A stretch of 64,000 nt of DNA from a virus. Below, piece by piece: positions 9,843 to 19,656 of this stretch. Every line of letters starts with the position of its first letter. The stretch's first letter is position 1. Under the pieces are notes generated by a model. It was not told the origin of the DNA. It saw only the letters and a program-made list of their open reading frames with translations, and searched no databases. Position numbers and translations under genes: made by a program. The stretch is taken from IMG/VR virus record IMGVR_UViG_3300021093_000054, positions 9,219 through 73,218 of that record; one strand, given 5' to 3'.

Positions 9843-10352
9843 TTCTTCAGAATATTCTTTCTTCATAGATCTTGGTTCAACAAAATCCCACTTTGTGTTT
9901 TCAAATTCTGTAACCCATTCACTAACATCTTCTCTTGTCCATATTGGACCAAAAGACGGTCTGTATTGAAATGGTAGACTATCCCTATTTTCCCACTCAT
10001 CAAGTCGTTGTGTTACATCTTCAATAAAATTTTTATTCTTAATGTATTTAATCCACTCTCTGTAATCATATTCAGATTTAATATACATAACATCACCGTA
10101 GTTATAAAACTCCATTTCAGGAAATTCTAAATTTGGGTTATTGGTATAAACATCAACAATACCGTTGTCTCCGTTGTATTCACCACAAAGTTCTTTTAAT
10201 GAATATAAACTGGATGGTTTTTCTTCCCAAACACTACCGAACTGACGTACAGAACAAATGTAGATATATCCATCTTTATATGAATGAATAAATCCTTCAA
10301 TTTTATTTCTCAAAGAAATAAGTTCGTCCATTGTTAGTTTTGATAAGTCCAT
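9840..10352 (-). CDS. hypothetical protein
   Basis: ORF. Confidence 0.6.
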   Translation of the reverse strand: MDLSKLTMDELISLRNKIEGFIHSYKDGYIYICSVRQFGSVWEEKPSSLYSLKELCGEYNGDNGIVDVYTNNPNLEFPEMEFYNYGDVMYIKSEYDYREWIKYIKNKNFIEDVTQRLDEWENRDSLPFQYRPSFGPIWTREDVSEWVTEFENTKWDFVEPRSMKKEYSEE

Positions 10353-10388
10353 ATTATATTCAATTATTGATTTGTTTTAATTTTTCTT

Positions 10389-10646
10389 TCAATTAAATTT
10401 TACAAATTGTTTGAGTTTATCGTGTAATTTATAAGAATTTTGGTAGTAGTTACCCTTTTTGGTTCTTTTGAGTTCCTTATCGTGGTATCCAGAATTATAT
10501 GCAATGTTTACCATATCTTCTTCATCTTTTTCCATATTTTTAATATGTTTTTGGATTTCAGATAATACATCTTTGATTTCATCATTTGATGTATTATTCT
10601 TTTTTTGTTCTAACCATATATTGAGATTTTGACGATATGTTTTCAT
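10389..10646 (-). CDS. hypothetical protein
   Basis: ORF with 4-nt overlap to upstream gene. Confidence 0.55.
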   Translation of the reverse strand: MKTYRQNLNIWLEQKKNNTSNDEIKDVLSEIQKHIKNMEKDEEDMVNIAYNSGYHDKELKRTKKGNYYQNSYKLHDKLKQFVKFN

Positions 10647-11056
10647 ATAATTTCTTTTTTAACTATTTTACCTTCAATAAATCTTGACAGAACAAATGAT
10701 TCAACCGATTTTTCAGAATTATTAAGTAATGCCATTTCCTGAAATAACTTTTCATAATCTTCTTCAGTTATTAAAGTGCCGCTCATTCTTCCTTTATCAC
10801 CAACCATTTGTATTTTAAAAGAACCATATGGTTCTGGATGATGTTCTTCAACCATAATCAAATTATCAAATTCAGAACCTTTTGTTTCATCTAATTTAAC
10901 TAACTTACCTTCATCATCTCTTTTATAGAAAGCACTTCTATGATACCCACAATCTGGACAAGATGAAAAAAATTCACCACTCTTATAATAATAATCTTCA
11001 AAACAATCCTGTGATTCACATCTAGGACAATCAACATAATTTATTACACTTCCCAT
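10643..11056 (-). CDS. zinc-ribbon protein
   Basis: CPRC...CPDCG. Confidence 0.6.
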   Translation of the reverse strand: MGSVINYVDCPRCESQDCFEDYYYKSGEFFSSCPDCGYHRSAFYKRDDEGKLVKLDETKGSEFDNLIMVEEHHPEPYGSFKIQMVGDKGRMSGTLITEEDYEKLFQEMALLNNSEKSVESFVLSRFIEGKIVKKEII

Positions 11057-11062
11057 AATTTA

Positions 11063-11434
11063 TTATTTATCTGTATTATACAATCCGTCTTTTTCGTCGT
11101 CTTTCATCATTTTAACTATCGCACCTTCTCTTTTGTATTTTCTCAAAAGATTGAAGATTTCCTTGATATCTGTAAATTCAGATGGTGGCGAGTCATTTCT
11201 TCCTGGAAGAAACATCACAGTAAACCCATGGTTTGCTTGGAAATTTTCTTTAACTCTCATACCATTGATTTCACTAATATAAACCCAAGGAAAGTTTCCT
11301 GATAGTTTTACATCTATTCCTATTTTTTTAAGCCTTTCAATAAACACTCCGAGTTTATCTGTACTTATTTGTGTGCTACTTTTTGTTTCCATTTTATATG
11401 TTCCAAATTTAGTTTTTACTTCCATAACATTCAA
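11063..11434 (-). CDS. hypothetical protein
   Basis: ORF. Confidence 0.55.
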   Translation of the reverse strand: MNVMEVKTKFGTYKMETKSSTQISTDKLGVFIERLKKIGIDVKLSGNFPWVYISEINGMRVKENFQANHGFTVMFLPGRNDSPPSEFTDIKEIFNLLRKYKREGAIVKMMKDDEKDGLYNTDK

Positions 11435-11582
11435 GTTTTTTATCCGTTACATTCCACAAATCTTTTTTTCCTTCCGTCATATGACAGTTGTGTTTCTTTC
11501 CGGTTCTTTTTCCGAACTCCACAATCATATCATTATGACGATTACGAATAAGATGAGGACATTCTTTGCAAGGTTTTTTCAT
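11409..11582 (-). CDS. 57-aa Cys/His-rich protein (not in ORF track)
   Basis: MKKPCKECPH...HNCH...ECYGSKN; directly preceded by TTTG-N20-TAACTTTG promoter (11587-11618). Confidence 0.65.
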   Translation of the reverse strand: MKKPCKECPHLIRNRHNDMIVEFGKRTGKKHNCHMTEGKKDLWNVTDKKLECYGSKN

Positions 11583-11618
11583 GCTACAAAGTTAAGAAAT
11601 GTTTTTTATTAAAACAAA

Positions 11619-12179
11619 TTATTTTTTGAAATTGTAAGATTTTTGAATTGGTCTTTTACCATATCTTTTTTCCATAAGTTTTTGGTGTAAATCCCAATTT
11701 AATATTGATTCGTTTGTTTGTTTCAGTTTTTTTGATACTTTTTTTGTTAATTCTTCGTTAAACTCTACCCCATGTCTATCATAAAACTCATCAACCAATC
11801 TATCTGTTGACATATTGTTTTGTTTCAAAAGAATGTAAGCTCCAAGATCGGCTTCTATTTCATCTTTTTCAGAACGAGGACCGTTATGTTTCAATAATAA
11901 ATGGGCAACCTCGTGTGCTTCAATAAATTTAAGGTCTTTCATATTCAGACCATCATTACCTAAAAAAATTTCCCCATCAATTATTATTAAATTTTGTTCT
12001 GGAAAATAAAACCCATAACCATATTCATCGAAAAAATTTTTTAACTCTAAATAGTTTGTATTGTTTTCGAAAATAACTAAAATATTAATGCCAGCTTTAA
12101 AATTACTTTCATAAGATATTAAATCTTTTTCCATTTCTTTTAATAACTTATACTGATTTTCAGTTATAATGATTTTCAT
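11619..12179 (-). CDS. HEXXH metallopeptidase-like (ImmA/IrrE-like) protein with MKIIITENQ leader
   Basis: AHEVAH...EIEAD. Confidence 0.65.
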   Translation of the reverse strand: MKIIITENQYKLLKEMEKDLISYESNFKAGINILVIFENNTNYLELKNFFDEYGYGFYFPEQNLIIIDGEIFLGNDGLNMKDLKFIEAHEVAHLLLKHNGPRSEKDEIEADLGAYILLKQNNMSTDRLVDEFYDRHGVEFNEELTKKVSKKLKQTNESILNWDLHQKLMEKRYGKRPIQKSYNFKK

Positions 12180-12205
12180 ACATATAAATATATTGGTGTT
12201 GTGAT

Positions 12206-12859
12206 TTAACCCACAACACCAACTAAATCATCTAGGTGATGATCTCCGGACATATCAGACCCAATCGGTCTTTTATCCATAATTTTGATTATTTCATCAA
12301 TACTATATGGGTCCAACCCATTTCCATCAACACCAACATCCATTCTTTTACCATTACCAAATTTAGCTTCCCTACCAAGATGTACATGCCCGTGTAGATG
12401 GATTACACCTTTATTTAGACCGTGCCAACTTTGTAGTGGATAATGACATAAAACAAAGTTTCTGTCATTTATTTTAACTTCCAAGTAGTGGTTTACACTT
12501 AAAAATCTATTTCGAATGTCGTCTCTGTTGTTGACTATGTGCTGGTCGTGATTTCCAAGTATTAAGTGAATGTTTTGACAAACCAATCTATCAAGGAATA
12601 AACCAATATTATCAAAACCACCAAATGAAACATCACCTAACATTATTAATGTATCATCTTGACCGACATAATGATTTATACCATCAATAAGCCTTTCATT
12701 CATTTGGTCTATTGTTTCAAAATCCCTAACCGAATCAACTGGTATTTCACCATCTTTTTTTCTCCAGTTTGTCACACCACGAACAATATTTTTGTGTCCG
12801 TAGTGTGTGTCTGAAGTTATATATACTTTTCCTGTTGTTAATATTTTTTTAAAACTCAT
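12206..12859 (-). CDS. calcineurin-like metallophosphoesterase
   Basis: SDTHYGH, LGDV, GNHD, CHYP, HGHVH. Confidence 0.9.
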   Translation of the reverse strand: MSFKKILTTGKVYITSDTHYGHKNIVRGVTNWRKKDGEIPVDSVRDFETIDQMNERLIDGINHYVGQDDTLIMLGDVSFGGFDNIGLFLDRLVCQNIHLILGNHDQHIVNNRDDIRNRFLSVNHYLEVKINDRNFVLCHYPLQSWHGLNKGVIHLHGHVHLGREAKFGNGKRMDVGVDGNGLDPYSIDEIIKIMDKRPIGSDMSGDHHLDDLVGVVG

Positions 12860-12870
12860 AATTTTTATTT

Positions 12871-13827
12871 TTAAGGTAAATCATCTAAATAATCTATATT
12901 ATAATTTACATCTGGTCTACTACTAACTGTTTGGTTTTGTTCAGAACCAATTAATCTTTTAATTCTTTCAATCATATCATTTGAAAACATAGCCCTTATT
13001 GAATCGTTATTTGTTGGATTAATTATAGCTTCAGTATTTGTGGAACTCCAAATTCTAAGTGTTTCTTGTACAATATCATTAGCCGTTCTGGGTTCCGAAT
13101 AATCAGATATTCTTCTTCTAATTGTTGATACATCATCCCCCCAACCAATTAAATCGCCGGTTGTTTTATTTTCTTGCAATTCTTTTCTAATTTTTAAAAA
13201 CAATTCATCCGGAATAAAGTTAATAAACATTGGATCAACTTCTTTATCTAATTGATCCCAAGCCTGGAACTTTTCTTTTGAAAATTCCCTTGAGAAGGCA
13301 ATTTTTGTATCCGTTTTTTTATTTAAAACATAAACCAATCTATGTGTTGATAAATATTGATTCCAATACCTTTCTTGTGTTACACACCACTTTGTATTTG
13401 CTCCATACACTTGTGATGCTTCAAAACTTAATGGTGTTAAAATAAACCAGGTGTCATCTTCATAAATCTTTAAAATTTCTTTTTCAAGTTTTTTTCTATT
13501 TTCAATTTCTTCGGCTAACACAACAACTTCATTTAATTCTAAAAAATTAGTGTAATGGCTAATATCTTTATTTTTAATCCTATTTGCTTTTGAATGTCTT
13601 TCAAATTCATTTAGAGTTTCAATTTCACCAGAACCAAATAAAAATACACCCATATAACCCATAAATTCATCTTTATTAGAACTGTAATAGTCACTATCAT
13701 TTTTAAAATTTTTAATTAAAAATTCTGTGTACTTATACGAATCCGTTGGGTCCAGAAAAGATATAATATCAATTAAAGATATATTCAGATCCGGATGTTG
13801 TTCTTTTAATCTATCTAATCTACTCAT
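12871..13827 (-). CDS. phage protein with TKWC motif
   Basis: LTPLSFEASQVYGANTKWCVT; paralog of 6625. Confidence 0.6.
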   Translation of the reverse strand: MSRLDRLKEQHPDLNISLIDIISFLDPTDSYKYTEFLIKNFKNDSDYYSSNKDEFMGYMGVFLFGSGEIETLNEFERHSKANRIKNKDISHYTNFLELNEVVVLAEEIENRKKLEKEILKIYEDDTWFILTPLSFEASQVYGANTKWCVTQERYWNQYLSTHRLVYVLNKKTDTKIAFSREFSKEKFQAWDQLDKEVDPMFINFIPDELFLKIRKELQENKTTGDLIGWGDDVSTIRRRISDYSEPRTANDIVQETLRIWSSTNTEAIINPTNNDSIRAMFSNDMIERIKRLIGSEQNQTVSSRPDVNYNIDYLDDLP

Positions 13828-14213
13828 AACTTTATACTGAATCTGTTTTTCATTTGTTCTATTTTATCTTCTGGAACTCCGTGTTGGTTTTTTCCTTCGT
13901 GACGATTTTCAATTATTATTGAAAACACTTTATAACCAAATTCTTTTGCTAATTCAAAATAAGGTTCCATTTCCCATTCTGTTGTAAAGGTATTTGAAAC
14001 AACAATTTTTTCAACATCGGCTTTCATATCTGTTTTTACTTTATGTTGACACCAATTATGTGCATTGCCAATTCTATTTGAATCAAAGTTGTAGTTACTA
14101 TCTTCATCCAAAAAGAACATGTCAGCTTCGTAATGATTATCAGATAAAGTTTTAGCAAATGTTGATTTACCACTTCCTGGTATTCCTCTTACAATATATA
14201 ATATTTTTTCCAT
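13824..14213 (-). CDS. P-loop kinase (polynucleotide-kinase-like)
   Basis: RGIPGSGKST, EADMFF, VSNTF, HGVP. Confidence 0.8.
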   Translation of the reverse strand: MEKILYIVRGIPGSGKSTFAKTLSDNHYEADMFFLDEDSNYNFDSNRIGNAHNWCQHKVKTDMKADVEKIVVSNTFTTEWEMEPYFELAKEFGYKVFSIIIENRHEGKNQHGVPEDKIEQMKNRFSIKL

Positions 14214-14217
14214 AGTT

Positions 14218-14430
14218 TTAAGCTTTAATCCAACTTGATTTATTTTCTGGATTTACCTTAATTAAACCCTTTTCAATTAAATCATATGCAATACCCCAAG
14301 ATTTATACGCGATGATTTTGTCTTGTCCTTTTTTATTTTTAGTCTTAAGAAATATATAATCAAAATTCCAAACTAAACCTTCTTTTTCAAGTTTGTCTAA
14401 AAATAATTGTTCTCTCTTGTTAACTTTCAT
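14218..14430 (-). CDS. hypothetical protein
   Basis: ORF with TATCTTTG box (14435-14442) 4 nt upstream. Confidence 0.6.
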   Translation of the reverse strand: MKVNKREQLFLDKLEKEGLVWNFDYIFLKTKNKKGQDKIIAYKSWGIAYDLIEKGLIKVNPENKSSWIKA

Positions 14431-14477
14431 AATACAAAGATATAAATTTTTTTTTTATCTTACAAGTATTTATTAAT

Positions 14478-15488
14478 ATGAAAATTATAATTTCTGAATC
14501 ACAATATAATAAATTATATTCTTATAATAATCCAGGTGTCAATTTAATTATTAATGAAGTTGCCGGTAAAAAACTTACACCATTAAGTGAAGGTTGGTTA
14601 AATACTCTGGCCGACATTGTTGGTATTTTTGACCCAACAGGACTTGTTGATATTGGAAATGCCGTTTCATACTGGCACCAAGGAAAAAATACATTTGCCT
14701 TATTAACGTTAGTTTCTGCAATACCTGGTATTGACTGGGCAACAAAACCTTTTATTTTGGGTAGTAAAATTGTTGCTGGTGCATCTGAAACAAAAATACT
14801 TGGTTGGTTAGTAAGAACACTTAACAAATGGATTGGTAAAGTTTTAGACAAAATAGATAAGATGTTACTTTCTAAAATACCAATTGTTAAAAACTTTGCA
14901 GATGCTATGAGATCATTTATAAATGGTCTTAAAAAAGATTCAGAAATGAAATTAAACGAATCCAAACTTTATAAGATATTAACTGAAGATGTTGATTTTG
15001 ATAAGGCTTATCGTGAATTTTTCCCAAAAATTTATAAATCAGTATGTTTAAAATATGCAAAAGGTGATGGTGAAAAAGCTCAAGACTTTTGTCAAGATGG
15101 GTTTATAAAGGCTTACAATAAATTAAGTCAGTTTAGAGGTGATAATTTAGGTGGTTGGATTGCGATGATTGTAAGAAACAATATTCTTGATGAATTAAGA
15201 AAAGAAAAAGGTTCAAAAATTCAAGATTTTGATTTTGGTAGATATGATGCAAAACAAGAAGAATATGATGATTCATTTATGGGTAGATATAGTGAACAAG
15301 ATATTCAAGATGCAATAAATACATTATCACCACAATTTCAAAAGGTTTTCAGAATGTATTATTTTGATGGAATGAAACACCACGAAATTGCAAAAAAATT
15401 AGGTATTTCCGATAGTACATCAAAAACAAACTTACTTAGAGGAAAAGTAAAAGTTAAAGATTTCTTAGAAAATTTAAAGGAGGCATAA
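14478..15488 (+). CDS. fusion: leader + pre-toxin-TG-like domain + ECF sigma-70 factor
   Basis: C-half AQDFCQDGFIKAY...WIAMIVRNNILDELRK (region 2) and LSPQFQKVF...HHEIAKKLGISDSTSK (region 4); N-half DIVGIFDPTGLVD...SAIPG. Confidence 0.8.
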   Translation: MKIIISESQYNKLYSYNNPGVNLIINEVAGKKLTPLSEGWLNTLADIVGIFDPTGLVDIGNAVSYWHQGKNTFALLTLVSAIPGIDWATKPFILGSKIVAGASETKILGWLVRTLNKWIGKVLDKIDKMLLSKIPIVKNFADAMRSFINGLKKDSEMKLNESKLYKILTEDVDFDKAYREFFPKIYKSVCLKYAKGDGEKAQDFCQDGFIKAYNKLSQFRGDNLGGWIAMIVRNNILDELRKEKGSKIQDFDFGRYDAKQEEYDDSFMGRYSEQDIQDAINTLSPQFQKVFRMYYFDGMKHHEIAKKLGISDSTSKTNLLRGKVKVKDFLENLKEA

Positions 15489-15558
15489 GCCCCCTTCAAA
15501 ATTGGGTCGACATTGAATGTCAACTCTCCACCACCTTGTTTCATTAAACAAGGAAAAA

Positions 15559-15999
15559 TCATTGCCTTATCATCCAGAAGTAATAGTTGGTACCATTACC
15601 GGATCCCATTGTTATATCTGTAAATTTTAATCCATTCATAAAACCCATATTCAAATTACCTTGATATATTGTTCCACTTAAATTACCAAAAGGTGTAAAG
15701 TTTAATGTCAAATTATAAGCCGAAGCTGTTGGGTAAAAGGAATACAGACTTTCTATTCCATTATAAGTATATGTGTTTAAATCTAAAAAAACAATGGTGT
15801 CATTCAAAGGAATTAGATTTCCAAATTCACCAACCCTATATTGATTTATAACCCAAACTTGTCCAACCAAATTATATGCCGTATCGATTTGTGTTGAATC
15901 CGTAACTATTGGTTCTGGTGGATTTGGTGGTCCAAAATTTTCCTTATGACAGGATGTTAAACCTAACACAATAAATAAACTAATTAAAAAGTATTTCAT
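15559..15999 (-). CDS. putative lipoprotein
   Basis: Signal peptide with LTSC lipobox. Confidence 0.65.
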   Translation of the reverse strand: MKYFLISLFIVLGLTSCHKENFGPPNPPEPIVTDSTQIDTAYNLVGQVWVINQYRVGEFGNLIPLNDTIVFLDLNTYTYNGIESLYSFYPTASAYNLTLNFTPFGNLSGTIYQGNLNMGFMNGLKFTDITMGSGNGTNYYFWMIRQ

Positions 16000-16000
16000 A

Positions 16001-16276
16001 TTATCTTGTTACTAATGCTTCAATTTTACTTTTAACTTGGTCTGTAATTGTAAATTCTTTAACAGATGTAATTACAACAGACTCATTCAATACTTTAGAC
16101 GGAATGTGAACCAAAAAGGTATCACCATCAAAAAATGATAAATTGTTTTCCAATTCAATGCAACCGTGAACCATCTTCAAAAACAATTTGAACTGAATTT
16201 GATCCATAAATGTTTCATTTACCAATTCACCCATCTTTTCGTGTGTGATTCTAATATTGTATCCTTGTTTATTCAT
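16001..16276 (-). CDS. hypothetical protein
   Basis: ORF with TTTG-N20-TATCTTTG promoter at 16281-16312. Confidence 0.65.
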   Translation of the reverse strand: MNKQGYNIRITHEKMGELVNETFMDQIQFKLFLKMVHGCIELENNLSFFDGDTFLVHIPSKVLNESVVITSVKEFTITDQVKSKIEALVTR

Positions 16277-16435
16277 AAGACAAAGATATAAATAAAAATC
16301 AATTAAAACAAAAAACCCACAAATATTTTTTTACAAACTTTGTGGGTCTTTAAACTAAACCATTATTTTTTTAGAAGAAGGTGGATTAGGTTTTTTTGTA
16401 AAGATAAATATATAGGAGTTTTCAAAAAAATCAAA

Positions 16436-16855
16436 TTATTTTAAAACTTTTTGTATTAATTTCAATAATTGTTTGTTTTCTTTTGAAATATCAATATTTT
16501 TTTCAGAAAAATACTGACACTTAGTATGTTCGTGACCATCTTTTGCTCTTTCTAAATTTGGTAAAACTTTTTTTTTAGATTCAAATGAAAAAACATACAT
16601 CATACCTTTTTTTGTTGTTCCATCATTTTTATATCTATTGATAAAACCAACTAAATCAATTTTATTTGGTAGTTTAATATTTGTTTCTTCTTTGTATTCT
16701 CTGATTGCTGCTTCCGTTGGTGATTCCTTACCTTCTATATGTCCTGAAGGTATTGACCATTGATTTGGTAATGATTCTTCTGGACTTCTTTTACAAAGTA
16801 GGACTTCATCATTGTGTTTTAAAATAACACCGGCATATCTTTTAAATTCATTCAT
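16436..16855 (-). CDS. NUDIX hydrolase
   Basis: GHIEGKESPTEAAIREYKEETNI Nudix box. Confidence 0.9.
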   Translation of the reverse strand: MNEFKRYAGVILKHNDEVLLCKRSPEESLPNQWSIPSGHIEGKESPTEAAIREYKEETNIKLPNKIDLVGFINRYKNDGTTKKGMMYVFSFESKKKVLPNLERAKDGHEHTKCQYFSEKNIDISKENKQLLKLIQKVLK

Positions 16856-16873
16856 GATACTATATTTATAAAT

Positions 16874-17224
16874 ATGAATGAAGTAAAAATAAATAATAAC
16901 CTATTCAATGTTATCACAGTTTTAACTGATAGAGACATTCAGAATGGTATGATGGGTAAAAAATTTAATGATAAATTTAATGGAATGTTATTTGTTATGG
17001 AATCAGGTCAACATTCTTTCTGGATGAAAAACTGTGAAACGTCACTTGATATTATTTTTATAAAAGATATGAAAGTTTCTAAAATACACAAAAACTGTTT
17101 ACCTTGTAGGGAACAAAAATGTCCAACATATCCAGGTGAAGGTGACTTAATATTGGAAATTGCTGGTGGTGATTGTGATAAGTACGATATAAAAGAAGGT
17201 GATTCTGTATATATTGAAGCTTAG
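16874..17224 (+). CDS. DUF192 family protein
   Basis: GMLF...FWMKN...LDIIF...LEI pattern. Confidence 0.8.
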   Translation: MNEVKINNNLFNVITVLTDRDIQNGMMGKKFNDKFNGMLFVMESGQHSFWMKNCETSLDIIFIKDMKVSKIHKNCLPCREQKCPTYPGEGDLILEIAGGDCDKYDIKEGDSVYIEA

Positions 17225-17868
17225 TTTTTAATATGAATTATATTGTCAAGTATATTTGGATTTATTAATAATTCATTTGGTGTTGTTTTTATCATAAGAG
17301 CCTTACCACTTTTTGATTTAGAAGATTTTATATTGGAAAAATCTAAAATTTCAACTTGGAATCTAGTTATTGAAGTGTATGTACCATTTTTTAGTTTTTC
17401 ACCATAAATTGAATTAAATTCTTTTAAATAGAAAATTGTGTATTCTGGAATTTTCTTTGAAAATTCAATTCCATCGTACGTAACCCAGTTTTCTGAATTT
17501 TTAGTATTACTATATTCTTGAAAGGAATTTTCAATAGCAATTTTTAATTTACTTAAATTTTCAAAATCGCATTCAAATTTTATTATGTAATCTGTATAAT
17601 TTTCAGATATAATGACATTTGAAATTCCGTCTTGTTTGATTAAATTTTTTTTAAAATTAAATATTTTTTGTTTTATTTCTGGTAGTTTTAAATTTTTCTT
17701 ACCATTTATACTATCTAATAACAATATGGATGATACATTTGTCTTACTTTGACTCAAGTTTATAACATATTTAAACTTTCCGCTACCATCGTTGTTTAAT
17801 TGTATTTCATCTATAAGTTCGACACAAGATGTCAATAAAAAAAGTAATATGAAAAAAAAATATTTCAT
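17221..17868 (-). CDS. putative lipoprotein
   Basis: LTSC lipobox, LNNDGSG. Confidence 0.6.
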   Translation of the reverse strand: MKYFFFILLFLLTSCVELIDEIQLNNDGSGKFKYVINLSQSKTNVSSILLLDSINGKKNLKLPEIKQKIFNFKKNLIKQDGISNVIISENYTDYIIKFECDFENLSKLKIAIENSFQEYSNTKNSENWVTYDGIEFSKKIPEYTIFYLKEFNSIYGEKLKNGTYTSITRFQVEILDFSNIKSSKSKSGKALMIKTTPNELLINPNILDNIIHIKN

Positions 17869-18704
17869 TAATTTTCTAACTTACTAATATGATTTTGTAG
17901 GTACCACATTGCTTTTTTCAAATCTTCCAGCTCTTTACTTGGGTCCTTTTTACCGGCTCTTGAAATATATTTAACGGTATTACCAAGTGCAAAACCCAAA
18001 TTCCAGGCATCAATAACTTTAATTGTTTCATATGGATTTTCTTCTCCACCGTAATGTAATGGGTGGTCAACAACTTCATATGGTCTCAAAATATCTTTAA
18101 GTGTATATATGTTTGGTTGTTTTCTTTCACCCCAAAATGCACCATCAATATAATATGTTTCAAAACTTGACCAATTAAGTGAATCAACACCATTGTCAAC
18201 ATCTGGAATATTAATATTTGATGATTTATAATCATCAATATAAACAACACCACCTGGTTTTAGTCTTGGTAATGTGTTTTGTACGTCTTGGACCAAACAA
18301 TCAAATGTATGACAACCATCTATTTCTATAAAATCAAATAACAAATCGTTTGATTGTATAAACTTAGGTACTGTTTCTAGTGAGGATCCAGGAACTAAGT
18401 TTAGATAGATTTCGTGTTTTTTTGCTTCTTCTGCCAAAATTTCAAAGTTAGGTACCGTACATTCGTGTTCACACAAATCAAATACGTGAATAGAAACTGG
18501 GTTATTAGGATATTGACCAGAGTTTTTCATAGATGCAATCACATCACAAATTAGTAATGCTGAATGACCCATATTAAATCCAATTTGGATTAATGATTCT
18601 GGTTTATAATTTGAAATTAAATCACTTAAAGTTTTTTGTCTTTCTGGAAACCAACTAATGTTTCCTTCTTGACAATCATTTCTCATTCCTTCTAATAATT
18701 CCAT
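17868..18704 (-). CDS. class I SAM methyltransferase fused to C-terminal DUF3310-like domain
   Basis: IQIGFNMGHSA, IDGCH, IDDY; C-terminal VDHPLHY...FALGNTVKYISRAGKK..EDLKKAMWYL. Confidence 0.75.
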   Translation of the reverse strand: MELLEGMRNDCQEGNISWFPERQKTLSDLISNYKPESLIQIGFNMGHSALLICDVIASMKNSGQYPNNPVSIHVFDLCEHECTVPNFEILAEEAKKHEIYLNLVPGSSLETVPKFIQSNDLLFDFIEIDGCHTFDCLVQDVQNTLPRLKPGGVVYIDDYKSSNINIPDVDNGVDSLNWSSFETYYIDGAFWGERKQPNIYTLKDILRPYEVVDHPLHYGGEENPYETIKVIDAWNLGFALGNTVKYISRAGKKDPSKELEDLKKAMWYLQNHISKLEN

Positions 18705-18841
18705 TATTTTTTAATATTTTCTTTTTTTATTTTCTATTTGAATTTTACTACTAAAATTTCTGATTTTCTTACCCAAATCCATATCATTGGGTGTTTCTTC
18801 AATCAATTCTTTGATTTTTTCTACTGGGATTGTTGCCATAG

Positions 18842-19618
18842 TTATACGTTTAATTCTTGTTTGGATTTTTTATAATTTTCAATCATTTGTTTTTGTCCAA
18901 CATAAGCAATCAACTTTCTTTTAAACATTGGTAGTAGTGTTTCATTTATTGGAAAATCACCCCTACTTATCATTTCAATTACAGGGAGTTTCTTTTTATC
19001 TTCTGTTGTCCACTGACTAAAACTATCAATAATCTTTGGGATTGTCAAACTTTTTTTGTCTCCTGAATATATTAAATTAGTAACAACTTTACTTTCTGGC
19101 GACCCCTTTGCTGCTGGTTTTTTTTCATATTCCCAGATGTTTATTACATTACCAATTGTAAAATAAAAATAACCTTTATTTTCTAAAATATTTTTATTGT
19201 TCTTTTTTACTTTGAGATGAATACTATCATATACAAGTTCCCAAACTGATTTTGCCATTCCAAAATATTCGTAAATTCTTGGTGCCGAATAAGATAGAAT
19301 CTTTATAAATTCTTCATATTCATCTTTGGACATTACTGGAACGTCTTTGATTTTTAAATCCTTTACAAGTAATTCATCATCAACTGTTTGGAATTTCTTA
19401 TTTGTATATAGGAGTTTTTTATCTTTTACTAATGTTTGGACATTTGCTAAATGTAATGATAGTTCAATAAAACCTGGATATAATTCCATATTATCGAGTT
19501 TTTCACCCATTTTTTGAAAGTACGATAAAAGTTTGTATTCTTTGTGTTCTCTGTCAATTGGTTTTTCAAACATCCAGTCGGTGTTCATTAAAAATTCTAT
19601 TTTCTTTTTTCTTGCCAT
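18842..19618 (-). CDS. hypothetical protein
   Basis: 258-aa ORF. Confidence 0.65.
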   Translation of the reverse strand: MARKKKIEFLMNTDWMFEKPIDREHKEYKLLSYFQKMGEKLDNMELYPGFIELSLHLANVQTLVKDKKLLYTNKKFQTVDDELLVKDLKIKDVPVMSKDEYEEFIKILSYSAPRIYEYFGMAKSVWELVYDSIHLKVKKNNKNILENKGYFYFTIGNVINIWEYEKKPAAKGSPESKVVTNLIYSGDKKSLTIPKIIDSFSQWTTEDKKKLPVIEMISRGDFPINETLLPMFKRKLIAYVGQKQMIENYKKSKQELNV

Positions 19619-19656
19619 CTGACATAATAATAATCATTTAATATAACCTGTAAATA

